A stretch of 64,000 nucleotides of DNA, from positions 3,224,001 to 3,288,000 of the forward strand of contig OZ059895.1 in the NCBI GenBank assembly GCA_964057225.1, written 5' to 3'. Below are positions 52,101 through 64,000 of this stretch, piece by piece; the first letter of the stretch is position 1; each line of letters opens with the position of its first letter. The position numbers and the translations under genes are program-made. The notes under the pieces were generated by a model, which was not told the DNA's origin, ran no database searches, and worked only from the letters and a program-made list of their open reading frames with translations. The DNA is from Auanema rhodensis. Its lineage: Eukaryota; Animalia; Nematoda.

Positions 52101-54496
52101 CACTATGTTGGAAAGATTTTAATTCAGATTTTCTAACTTTTATTCAGTTTGTTTTTTAAACTTTGATTAAGAACTTTGATTTTTGTACACCCATAAATTA
52201 TACGCAGCACAGGTTACCCTTAAATAATGAACTGACCGACTAATCAGACATGGATCTTTCCTAGTTCTGTTGCTTGAATGGATGTTTTCCTACGTAGGCT
52301 AGTAAAACATGCCCTTCAAAGCATCAGAACATGTGATCACATTCCAATTTTTTTGAAATCTATCTTGTAAAGATAGTAATAAACTTTGATTTTTGTACAC
52401 CCATAAATTATACGCAGCACAGGTTACCCTTAAATAATGAACTGACCGACTAATCAGACATGGATCTTTCCAAGTTCTGTTGCTTGAACGGATGTTTTCC
52501 TACGTAGGCTAGTAAAACATTCCCTTCAAAGCATCAGAACATGTGACCACATTCCAATTTTTTTGTATCTATCTTGTAAAGATAATAATATATCATATGT
52601 TGAACACTATGTTGGAAAGATTTTAATTCACATTTTTTCAACTTTCACTCAATTTGTTTTCTAAACTTTGATTAAGAACTTTGATTTTTGTACACCCATA
52701 AATTATACGCAGCACAGGTTACCCTTGAATAATGAACTGACCGACTAATCAGACATGGATCTTTCCTAGTTCTGTTGCTTGAATGGATGTTTTCCTACGT
52801 AGGCTAGTAAAACATGCCCTTCAAAGCATCAGAACATGTGATCACATTCCAATTTTTTTGTATCTATCTTGTAAAGATAGTAATAAACTTTGATTTTTGT
52901 ACACCCATAAATTATACGCAGCACAGGTTACCCTTAAATAATGAACTGACCGACTAATCAGACATGGATCTTTCCTAGTTCTGTTGCTTGAATGGATGTT
53001 TTCCTACGTAGGCTAGTAAAACATGCCCTTCAAAGCATCAGAACATGTGATCACATTCCAATTTTTTTGTATCTATCTTGTAAAGATAGTAATATATCAT
53101 ATGTTGAACACTATGTTGGAAAGATTTTAATTCAGATTTACGAACTTTTATTCAGTTTGTTTTTTAAACTTTGATTAAGAACTTTGATTTTTGTACACCC
53201 ATAAATTATACGCAGCACAGGTTACCCTTAATTAATGAACTGACCGACTAATCAGACATGGATCTTTCCAAGTTCTGTTGCTTGAACGGATGTTTTCCTA
53301 CGTAGGCTAATAAAACATGCCCTTCAAAGCATCAGAACATGTGATCACATTCCAATTTTTTTGTATCTATCTTGTAAAGATAGTAATATATCATATGTTG
53401 AACACTATGTTGGAAAGATTTTAATTCAGATTTTCTAACTTTCATTCAGTTTGTTTTTTAAACTTTGATTAAGAACTTTGATTTTTGTACACCCATAAAT
53501 TATACGCAGCACAGGTTACCCTTAAATAATGAACTGACCGACTAATCAGACATGGATCTTTCCTAGTTCTGTTGCTTGAATGGATGTTTTCCTACGTAGG
53601 CTAGTAAAACATGCCCTTCAAAGCATCAGAACATGTGATCACATTCCAATTTTTTTGAAATCTATCTTGTAAAGATAGTAAAAAACTTTGATTTTTGTAC
53701 ACCCATAAATTATACGCAGCACAGGTTACCCTTAAATAATGAACTGACCGACTAATCAGACATGGATCTTCCCAAGTTCTGTTGCTTGAATGGATGTTTT
53801 CCTACGTAGGCTAGTAAAACATGCCCTTCAAAGCATCAGAACATGTGATCACATTCCAATTTTTTTGTATCTATCTTGTAAAGATAGTAATATATCATAT
53901 GTTGAACACTATGTTGGAAAGATTTTAATTCAGATTTTCTAACTTTTATTCAGTTTGTTTTTTAAACTTTGATTAAGAACTTTGATTTTTGTACACCCAT
54001 AAATTATACGCAGCACAGGTTACCCTTAATTAATGAACTGACCGACTAATCAGACATGGATCTTCCCAAGTTCTGTTGCTCTTGAATGGATGTTTTCCTA
54101 CGTAGGCTAGTAAAACATGCCCTTCAAAGCATCAGAACATGTGATCACATTCCAATATTTTTGTATCTATCTTGTAAAGATAGTAATATATCATATGTTG
54201 AACACTATGTTGGAAAGATTTTAATTCAGATTTTCTAACTTTTATTCAGTTTGTTTTTTAAACTTTGATTAAGAACTTTGATTTTTGTACACCCATAAAT
54301 TATACGCAGCACAGGTTACCCTTAAATAATGAACTGACCGACTAATCAGACATGGATCTTTCCTAGTTCTGTTGCTTGAATGGATGTTTTCCTACGTAGG
54401 CTAGTAAAACATGCCCTTCAAAGCATCAGAACATGTGATCACATTCCAATTTTTTTGAAATCTATCTTGTAAAGATAGTAATAAACTTTGATTTTT

Positions 54497-57400
54497 GTAC
54501 ACCCATAAATTATACGCAGCACAGGTTACCCTTAAATAATGAACTGACCGACTAATCAGACATGGATCTTTCCTAGTTCTGTTGCTTGAATGGATGTTTT
54601 CCTACGTAGGCTAGTAAAACATGCCCTTCAAAGCATCAGAACATGTGATCACATTCCAATTTTTTTGAAATCTATCTTGTAAAGATAGTAATAAACTTTG
54701 ATTTTTGTACACCCATAAATTATACGCAGCACAGGTTACCCTTAAATAATGAACTGACCGACTAATCAGACATGGATCTTTCCTAGTTCTGTTGCTTGAA
54801 TGGATGTTTTCCTACGTAGGCTAGTAAAACATGCCCTTCAAAGCATCAGAACATGTGATCACATTCCAATTTTTTTGTATCTATCTTGTAAAGATAGTAA
54901 TATATCATATGTTGAACACTATGTTGGAAAGATTTTAATTCAGATTTACGAACTTTTATTCAGTTTGTTTTTTAAACTTTGATTAAGAACTTTGATTTTT
55001 GTACACCCATAAATTATACGCAGCACAGGTTACCCTTAATTAATGAACTGACCGACTAATCAGACATGGATCTTTCCAAGTTCTGTTGCTTGAACGGATG
55101 TTTTCCTACGTAGGCTAGTAAAACATGCCCTTCAAAGCATCAGAACATGTGATCACATTCCAATTTTTTTGTATCTATCTTGTAAAGATAGTAATATATC
55201 ATATGTTGAACACTATGTTGGAAAGATTTTAATTCAGATTTTCTAACTTTTATTCAGTTTGTTTTTTAAACTTTGATTAAGAACTTTGATTTTTGTACAC
55301 CCATAAATTATACGCAGCACAGGTTACCCTTAAATAATGAACTGACCGACTAATCAGACATGGATCTTTCCTAGTTCTGTTGCTTGAATGGATGTTTTCC
55401 TACGTAGGCTAGTAAAACATGCCCTTCAAAGCATCAGATCATGTGATCACATTCCAATTTTTTTGAAATCTATCTTGTAAAGATAGTAATAAACTTTGAT
55501 TTTTGTACACCCATAAATTATACGCAGCACAGGTTACCCTTAAATAATGAACTGACCGACTAATCAGACATGGATCTTTCCTAGTTCTGTTGCTTTAATG
55601 GATGTTTTCCTACGTAGGCTAGTAAAACATGCCCTTCAAAGCATCAGAACATGTGATCACATTCCAATTTTTTTGTATCTATCTTGTAAAGATAGTAATA
55701 TATCATATGTTGAACACTATGTTGGAAAGATTTTGCTTCAGATTTTTTCAACTTTCACTCAATTTGTTTTCTAAACTTTGATTAAGAACTTTGATTTTTG
55801 TACACCCATAAATTATACGCAGCACAGGTTACCCTTGAATAATGAACTGACCGACTAATCAGACATGGATCTTTCCTAGTTCTGTTGCTTGAATGGATGT
55901 TTTCCTACGTAGGCTAGTAAAACATGCCCTTCAAAGCATCAGATCATGTGATCACATTCCAATTTTTTTGTATCTATCTTGTAAAGATAGTAATAAACTT
56001 TGATTTTTGTTCACCCATAAATTATACGCAGCACAGGTTACCCTTAAATAATGAACTGACCGACTAATCAGACATGGATCTTTCCAAGTTCTGTTGCTTG
56101 AACGGATGTTTTCCTACGTAGGCTAGTAAAACATGCCCTTCAAAGCATCAGAACATGTGATCACATTTCAATTTTTTTGTATCTATCTTGTAAAGATAGT
56201 AATATATCATATGTTGAACACTATGTTGGAAAGATTTTAATTCAGATTTTTTCAACTTTCACTCAGTTTGTTTTCTAAACTTTGATTAAGAACCTTGTTG
56301 TTTGTACACCCATAAAATATACGCAGCACAGGTTACCCTTAAATAATGAACTGACCGTCTAATCAGACATGGATCTTTCCTAGTTCTGTTGCTTGAATGG
56401 ATGTTTTCCTACGTAGGCTAGTAAAACATGCCCTTCAAAGCATCAGATCATGTGATCACATTCCAATTTTTTTGTATCTATCTTGTAAAGATAGTAATAA
56501 ACTTTGATTTTTGTTCACCCATAAATTATACGCAGCACAGGTTACCCTTAAATAATGAACTGACCGACTAATCAGACATGGATCTTTCCTAGTTCTGTTG
56601 CTTGAATGGATGTTTTCCTACGTAGGCTAGTAAAACATGCCCTTCAAAGCATCAGAACATGTGATCACATTCCAATTTTTTTGAAATCTATCTTGTAAAG
56701 ATAGTAATAAACTTTGATTTTTGTACACCCATAAATTATACGCAGCACAGGTTACCCTTAAATAATGAACTGACCGACTAATCAGACATGGATCTTTCCT
56801 AGTTCTGTTGCTTGAATGGATGTTTTCCTACGTAGGCTAGTAAAACATGCCCTTCAAAGCATCAGAACATGTGATCACATTCCAATTTTTTTGTATCTAT
56901 CTTGTAAAGATAGTAATATATCATATGTTGAACACTATGTTGGAAAGATTTTAATTCAGATTTACGAACTTTTATTCAGTTTGTTTTTTAAACTTTGATT
57001 AAGAACTTTGATTTTTGTACACCCATAAATTATACGCAGCACAGGTTACCCTTAATTAATGAACTGACCGACTAATCAGACATGGATCTTTCCAAGTTCT
57101 GTTGCTTGAACGGATGTTTTCCTACGTAGGCTAGTAAAACATGCCCTTCAAAGCATCAGAACATGTGATCACATTCCAATTTTTTTGTATCTATCTTGTA
57201 AAGATAGTAATATATCATATGTTGAACACTATGTTGGAAAGATTTTAATTCAGATTTTCTAACTTTTATTCAGTTTGTTTTTTAAACTTTGATTAAGAAC
57301 TTTGATTTTTGTACACCCATAAATTATACGCAGCACAGGTTACCCTTAAATAATGAACTGACCGACTAATCAGACATGGATCTTTCCTAGTTCTGTTGCT

Positions 57401-58390
57401 TGAATGGATGTTTTCCTACGTAGGCTAGTAAAACATGCCCTTCAAAGCATCAGATCATGTGATCACATTCCAATTTTTTTGAAATCTATCTTGTAAAGAT
57501 AGTAATAAACTTTGATTTTTGTACACCCATAAATTATACGCAGCACAGGTTACCCTTAAATAATGAACTGACCGACTAATCAGACATGGATCTTTCCTAG
57601 TTCTGTTGCTTTAATGGATGTTTTCCTACGTAGGCTAGTAAAACATGCCCTTCAAAGCATCAGAACATGTGATCACATTCCAATTTTTTTGTATCTATCT
57701 TGTAAAGATAGTAATATATCATATGTTGAACACTATGTTGGAAAGATTTTGCTTCAGATTTTTTCAACTTTCACTCAATTTGTTTTCTAAACTTTGATTA
57801 AGAACTTTGATTTTTGTACACCCATAAATTATACGCAGCACAGGTTACCCTTGAATAATGAACTGACCGACTAATCAGACATGGATCTTTCCTAGTTCTG
57901 TTGCTTGAATGGATGTTTTCCTACGTAGGCTAGTAAAACATGCCCTTCAAAGCATCAGATCATGTGATCACATTCCAATTTTTTTGTATCTATCTTGTAA
58001 AGATAGTAATAAACTTTGATTTTTGTTCACCCATAAATTATACGCAGCACAGGTTACCCTTAAATAATGAACTGACCGACTAATCAGACATGGATCTTTC
58101 CAAGTTCTGTTGCTTGAACGGATGTTTTCCTACGTAGGCTAGTAAAACATGCCCTTCAAAGCATCAGAACATGTGATCACATTTCAATTTTTTTGTATCT
58201 ATCTTGTAAAGATAGTAATATATCATATGTTGAACACTATGTTGGAAAGATTTTAATTCAGATTTTTTCAACTTTCACTCAGTTTGTTTTCTAAACTTTG
58301 ATTAAGAACCTTGTTGTTTGTACACCCATAAAATATACGCAGCACAGGTTACCCTTAAATAATGAACTGACCGTCTAATCAGACATGGAT
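54497..58390. repeat. 8-monomer tandem duplication, period 2016 bp
   Basis: ORFs at 54800/56816. Markers AGATCATG (55439/57455, 55944/57960), GCTTTAATGG, TTTTGCTTCA and GTTCACCC are all offset by 2016. Confidence 0.88.
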
Positions 58391-61300
58391 CTTCCCAAGT
58401 TCTGTTGCTTGAATGGATGTTTTCCTACGTAGGCTAGTAAAACATGCCCTTCAAAGCATCAGAACATGTGATCACATTCCAATTTTTTTGTATCTATCTT
58501 GTAAAGATAGTAATATATCATATGTTGAACACTATGTTGGAAAGATTTTAATTCAGATTTTCTAACTTTTATTCAGTTTGTTTTTTAAACTTTGATTAAG
58601 AACTTTGATTTTTGTACACCCATAAATTATACGCAGCACAGGTTACCCTTAAATAATGAACTGACCGACTAATCAGACATGGATCTTTCCTAGTTCTGTT
58701 GCTTGAATGGATGTTTTCCTACGTAGGCTAGTAAAACATGCCCTTCAAAGCATCAGAACATGTGATCACATTCCAATTTTTTTGAAATCTATCTTGTAAA
58801 GATAGTAATAAACTTTGATTTTTGTACACCCATAAATTATACGCAGCACAGGTTACCCTTAAATAATGAACTGACCGACTAATCAGACATGGATCTTTCC
58901 AAGTTCTGTTGCTTGAACGGATGCTTTCCTACGTAGGCTAGTAAAACATGCCCTTCAAAGCATCAGAACATGTGACCACATTCCAATTTTTTTGTATCTA
59001 TCTTGTAAAGATAATAATATATCATATGTTGAACACTATGTTGGAAAGATTTTAATTCACATTTTTTCAACTTTCACTCAATTTGTTTTCTAAACTTTGA
59101 TTAAGAACTTTGATTTTTGTACACCCATAAATTATACGCAGCACAGGTTACCCTTGAATAATGAACTGACCGACTAATCAGACATGGATCTTTCCTAGTT
59201 CTGTTGCTTGAATGGATGTTTTCCTACGTAGGCTAGTAAAACATGCCCTTCAAAGCATCAGAACATGTGATCACATTCCAATTTTTTTGAAATCTATCTT
59301 GTAAAGATAGTAATAAACTTTGATTTTTGTACACCCATAAATTATACGCAGCACAGGTTACCCTTAAATAATGAACTGACCGACTAATCAGACATGGATC
59401 TTTCCTAGTTCTGTTGCTTGAATGGATGTTTTCCTACGTAGGCTAGTAAAACATGCCCTTCAAAGCATCAGAACATGTGATCACATTCCAATTTTTTTGT
59501 ATCTATCTTGTAAAGATAGTAATATATCATATGTTGAACACTATGTTGGAAAGATTTTAATTCAGATTTACGAACTTTTATTCAGTTTGTTTTTTAAACT
59601 TTGATTAAGAACTTTGATTTTTGTACACCCATAAATTATACGCAGCACAGGTTACCCTTAATTAATGAACTGACCGACTAATCAGACATGGATCTTCCCA
59701 AGTTCTGTTGCTTGAATGGATGTTTTCCTACGTAGGCTAGTAAAACATGCCCTTCAAAGCATCAGAACATGTGATCACATTCCAATTTTTTTGTATCTAT
59801 CTTGTAAAGATAGTAATATATCATATGTTGAACACTATGTTGGAAAGATTTTAATTCGGATTTTCTAACTTTTATTCAGTTTGTTTTTTAAACTTTGATT
59901 AAGAACTTTGATTTTTGTACACCCATAAATTATACGCAGCACAGGTTACCCTTAAATAATGAACTGACCGACTAATCAGACATGGATCTTTCCAAGTTCT
60001 GTTGCTTGAACGGATGCTTTCCTACGTAGGCTAGTAAAACATGCCCTTCAAAGCATCAGAACATGTGACCACATTCCAATTTTTTTGTATCTATCTTGTA
60101 AAGATAATAATATATCATATGTTGAACACTATGTTGGAAAGATTTTAATTCACATTTTTTCAACTTTCACTCAATTTGTTTTCTAAACTTTGATTAAGAA
60201 CTTTGATTTTTGTACACCCATAAATTATACGCAGCACAGGTTACCCTTGAATAATGAACTGACCGACTAATCAGACATGGATCTTTCCTAGTTCTGTTGC
60301 TTGAATGGATGTTTTCCTACGTAGGCTAGTAAAACATGCCCTTCAAAGCATCAGAACATGTGATCACATTCCAATTTTTTTGTATCTATCTTGTAAAGAT
60401 AGTAATAAACTTTGATTTTTGTACACCCATAAATTATACGCAGCACAGGTTACCCTTAAATAATGAACTGACCGACTAATCAGACATGGATCTTTCCTAG
60501 TTCTGTTGCATGAATGGATGTTTTCCTACGTAGGCTAGTAAAACATGCCCTTCAAAGCATCAGAACATGTGATCACATTCCAATTTTTTTGTATCTATCT
60601 TGTAAAGATAGTAATATATCATATGTTGAACACTATGTTGGAAAGATTTTAATTCAGATTTACGAACTTTTATTCAGTTTGTTTTTTAAACTTTGATTAA
60701 GAACTTTGATTTTTGTACACCCATAAATTATACGCAGCACAGGTTACCCTTAATTAATGAACTGACCGACTAATCAGACATGGATCTTTCCAAGTTCTGT
60801 TGCTTGAACGGATGTTTTCCTACGTAGGCTAATAAAACATGCCCTTCAAAGCATCAGAACATGTGATCACATTCCAATTTTTTTGTATCTATCTTGTAAA
60901 GATAGTAATATATCATATGTTGAACACTATGTTGGAAAGATTTTAATTCAGATTTTCTAACTTTTATTCAGTTTGTTTTTTAAACTTTGATTAAGAACTT
61001 TGATTTTTGTACACCCATAAATTATACGCAGCACAGGTTACCCTTAAATAATGAACTGAACGACTAATCAGACATGGATCTTTCCTAGTTCTGTTGCTTG
61101 AATGGATGTTTTCCTACGTAGGCTAGTAAAACATGCCCTTCAAAGCATCAGAACATGTGATCACATTCCAATTTTTTTGAAATCTATCTTGTAAAGATAG
61201 TAAAAAACTTTGATTTTTGTACACCCATAAATTATACGCAGCACAGGTTACCCTTAATTAATGAACTGACCGACTAATCAGACATGGATCTTTCCTAGTT

Positions 61301-64000
61301 CTGTTGCTTGAACGGATGTTTTCCTACGTAGGCTAGTAAAACATGCCCTTCAAAGCATCAGAACATGTGATCACATTCCAATTTTTTTGTATCTATCTTG
61401 TAAAGATAGTAATATATCATATGTTGAACACTATGTTGGAAAGATTTTAATTCAGATTTTCTAACTTTTATTCAGTTTGTTTTTTTAACTTTGATTAAGA
61501 ACTTTGATTTTTGTACACCCATAAATTATACGCAGCACAGGTTACCCTTAAATAATGAACTGACCGACTAATCAGACATGGATCTTTCCTAGTTCTGTTG
61601 CTTGAATGGATGTTTTCCTACGTAGGCTAGTAAAACATGCCCTTCAAAGCATCAGAACATGTGATCACATTCCAATTTTTTTGTATCTATCTTGTAAAGA
61701 TAGTAATATATCATATGTTGAACACTATGTTGGAAAGATTTTAATTCGGATTTTCTAACTTTTATTCAGTTTGTTTTTTAAACTTTGATTAAGAACTTTG
61801 ATTTTTGTACACCCATAAATTATACGCAGCACAGGTTACCCTTAAATAATGAACTGACCGACTAATCAGACATGGATCTTTCCTAGTTCTGTTGCTTGAA
61901 TGGATGTTTTCCTACGTAGGCTAGTAAAACATGCCCTTCAAAGCATCAGAACATGTGATCACATTCCAATTTTTTTGAAATCTATCTTGTAAAGATAGTA
62001 ATAAACTTTGATTTTTGTACACCCATAAATTATGCGCAGCACAGGTTACCCTTAAATAATGAACTGACCGACTAATCAGACATGGATCTTTCCTAGTTCT
62101 GTTGCTTGAATGGATGTTTTCCTACGTAGGCTAGTAAAACATGCCCTTCAAAGCATCAGAACATGTGATCACATTCCAATTTTTTTGTATCTATCTTGTA
62201 AAGATAGTAATATATCATATGTTGAACACTATGTTGGAAAGATTTTAATTCAGATTTTCTAACTTTTATTCAGTTTGTTTTTTTAACTTTGATTAAGAAC
62301 TTTGATTTTTGTACACCCATAAATTATACGCAGCACAGGTTACCCTTAATTAATGAACTGACCGACTAATCAGACATGGATCTTTCCAAGTTCTGTTGCT
62401 TGAACGGATGTTTTCCTACGTAGGCTAGTAAAACATGCCCTTCAAAGCATCAGAACATGTGATCACATTCCAATTTTTTTGTATCTATCTTGTAAAGATA
62501 GTAATATATCATATGTTGAACACTATGTTGGAAAGATTTTAATTCAGATTTTCTAACTTTTATTCAGTTTGTTTTTTAAACTTTGATTAAGAACTTTGAT
62601 TTTTGTACACCCATAAATTATACGCAGCACAGGTTACCCTTAAATAATGAACTGACCGACTAATCAGACATGGATCTTTCCTAGTTCTGTTGCTTGAATG
62701 GATGTTTTCCTACGTAGGCTAGTAAAACATGCCCTTCAAAGCATCAGAACATGTGATCACATTCCAATTTTTTTGAAATCTATCTTGTAAAGATAGTAAT
62801 AAACTTTGATTTTTGTACACCCATAAATTATACGCAGCACAGGTTACCCTTAAATAATGAACTGACCGACTAATCAGACATGGATCTTTCCTAGTTCTGT
62901 TGCTTTAATGGATGTTTTCCTACGTAGGCTAGTAAAACATGCCCTTCAAAGCATCAGAACATGTGATCACATTCCAATTTTTTTGTATCTATCTTGTAAA
63001 GATAGTAATATATCATATGTTGAACACTATGTTGGAAAGATTTCAATTCAGATTTACGAACTTTTATTCAGTTTGTTTTTTAAACTTTGATTAAGAACTT
63101 TGATTTTTGTACACCCATAAATTATACGCAGCACAGGTTACCCTTAAATAATGAACTGACCGACTAATCAGACATGGATCTTTCCTAGTTCTGTTGCTTG
63201 AATGGATGTTTTCCTACGTAGGCTAGTAAAACATGCCCTTCAAAGCATCAGAACATGTGATCAAATTCCAATTTTTTTGTATCTATCTTGTAAAGATAGT
63301 AATATATCATATGTTGAACACTATGTTGGAAAGATTTTCATTCAGATTTTTTAATTTTTATTCAGTTTGTTTTTTAAACTTTGATTAAGAACTTTGATTT
63401 TTGTACACCCATAAATTATACGCAGCACAGGTTACCCTTAAATAATGAACTGACCGACTAATCAGACATGGATCTTTCCAAGTTCTGTTGCTTGAACGGA
63501 TGTTTTCCTACGTAGGCTAGTAAAACATGCCCTTCAAAGCATCAGAACATGTGATCACATTCCAATATTTTTGTATCTATCTTGTAAAGATAGTAATATA
63601 TCATATGTTGAACACTATGTTGGAAAGATTTTAATTCAGATTTTCTAACTCTTATTCAGTTTGTTTTTTAAACTTTGATTAAGAACTTTGATTTTTGTAC
63701 ACCCATAAATTATACGCAGCACAGGTTACCCTTAATTAATGAACTGACCGACTAATCAGACATGGATCTTTCCAAGTTCTGTTGCTTGAACGGATGTTTT
63801 CCTACGTAGGCTAGTAAAACATGCCCTTCAAAGCATCAGAACATGTGACCACATTCTAATTTTTTTGTATCTATCTTGTAAAGATAGTAATATATCATAT
63901 GTTGAACACTATGTTGGAAAGATTTTAATTCAGATTTTTTCAACTTTCACTCAATTTGTTTTCTAAACTTTGATTAAGAACTTTGATTTTTGTACACCCA

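Larger units (their letters stand above)
1..64000. repeat. Tandem satellite-type array, 294-bp monomer family with 209/210-bp deletion variant (~237 monomers, runs off both window ends)
   Basis: The anchor GTACACCCAT recurs at 63, 357, 651, 861, 1156, 1365, 1660, 1870, 2164, 2458 and onward, with spacings 294/294/210/295/209/295/210/294/294. Identical ORFs are spaced 294 (45174/45468) and 588 (1963/2551) apart. No interruption or inversion seen. Confidence 0.99.

Noticed and set aside
1-64000. CRISPR array
   Set aside because: There are no unique spacers; the entire unit repeats. No cas genes.
1-64000. Assignment to a named satellite family, species or functional centromere
   Set aside because: I do not recognise the sequence. 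This needs a database search and CENH3/CENP-A data.
1-64000. Pure assembly artefact or concatemer
   Set aside because: Structured, hierarchically shared variants and diverged block duplications fit real array evolution. Exact copy numbers of near-identical blocks still need long-read validation.

Overview
The whole 64 kb window is one uninterrupted head-to-tail tandem array of a single AT-rich (~31% GC, hand count) repeat family, all in one orientation. I see no genes, transposons or unique sequence. It holds roughly 237 monomers in two size classes. About 168 are long (294 bp; 295-296 bp in indel variants) and about 69 are short (209/210 bp), lacking the same 85-bp AT-rich segment. Diagnostic SNPs group the monomers into nested higher-order repeats and block duplications (periods or offsets 799, 1092, 1177, 1388, 1806, 2016, 2395, 3402, 5972, 7522, 9789, 16727, 18780 bp), as in a eukaryotic satellite or centromere-type array. 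The most notable feature is a 67-bp near-perfect fold-back in every monomer, long or short (first copy 142-208; 28 of 30 left-arm bases pair; extendable to 128-220). Its geometry resembles a pri-/pre-miRNA, and the common polymorphisms avoid its paired positions. The array could therefore be a massively amplified hairpin-RNA cluster or a cruciform-forming satellite rather than inert repeat DNA. The 60-aa ORFs are incidental. I cannot name the organism or repeat family. All counts were made by eye.
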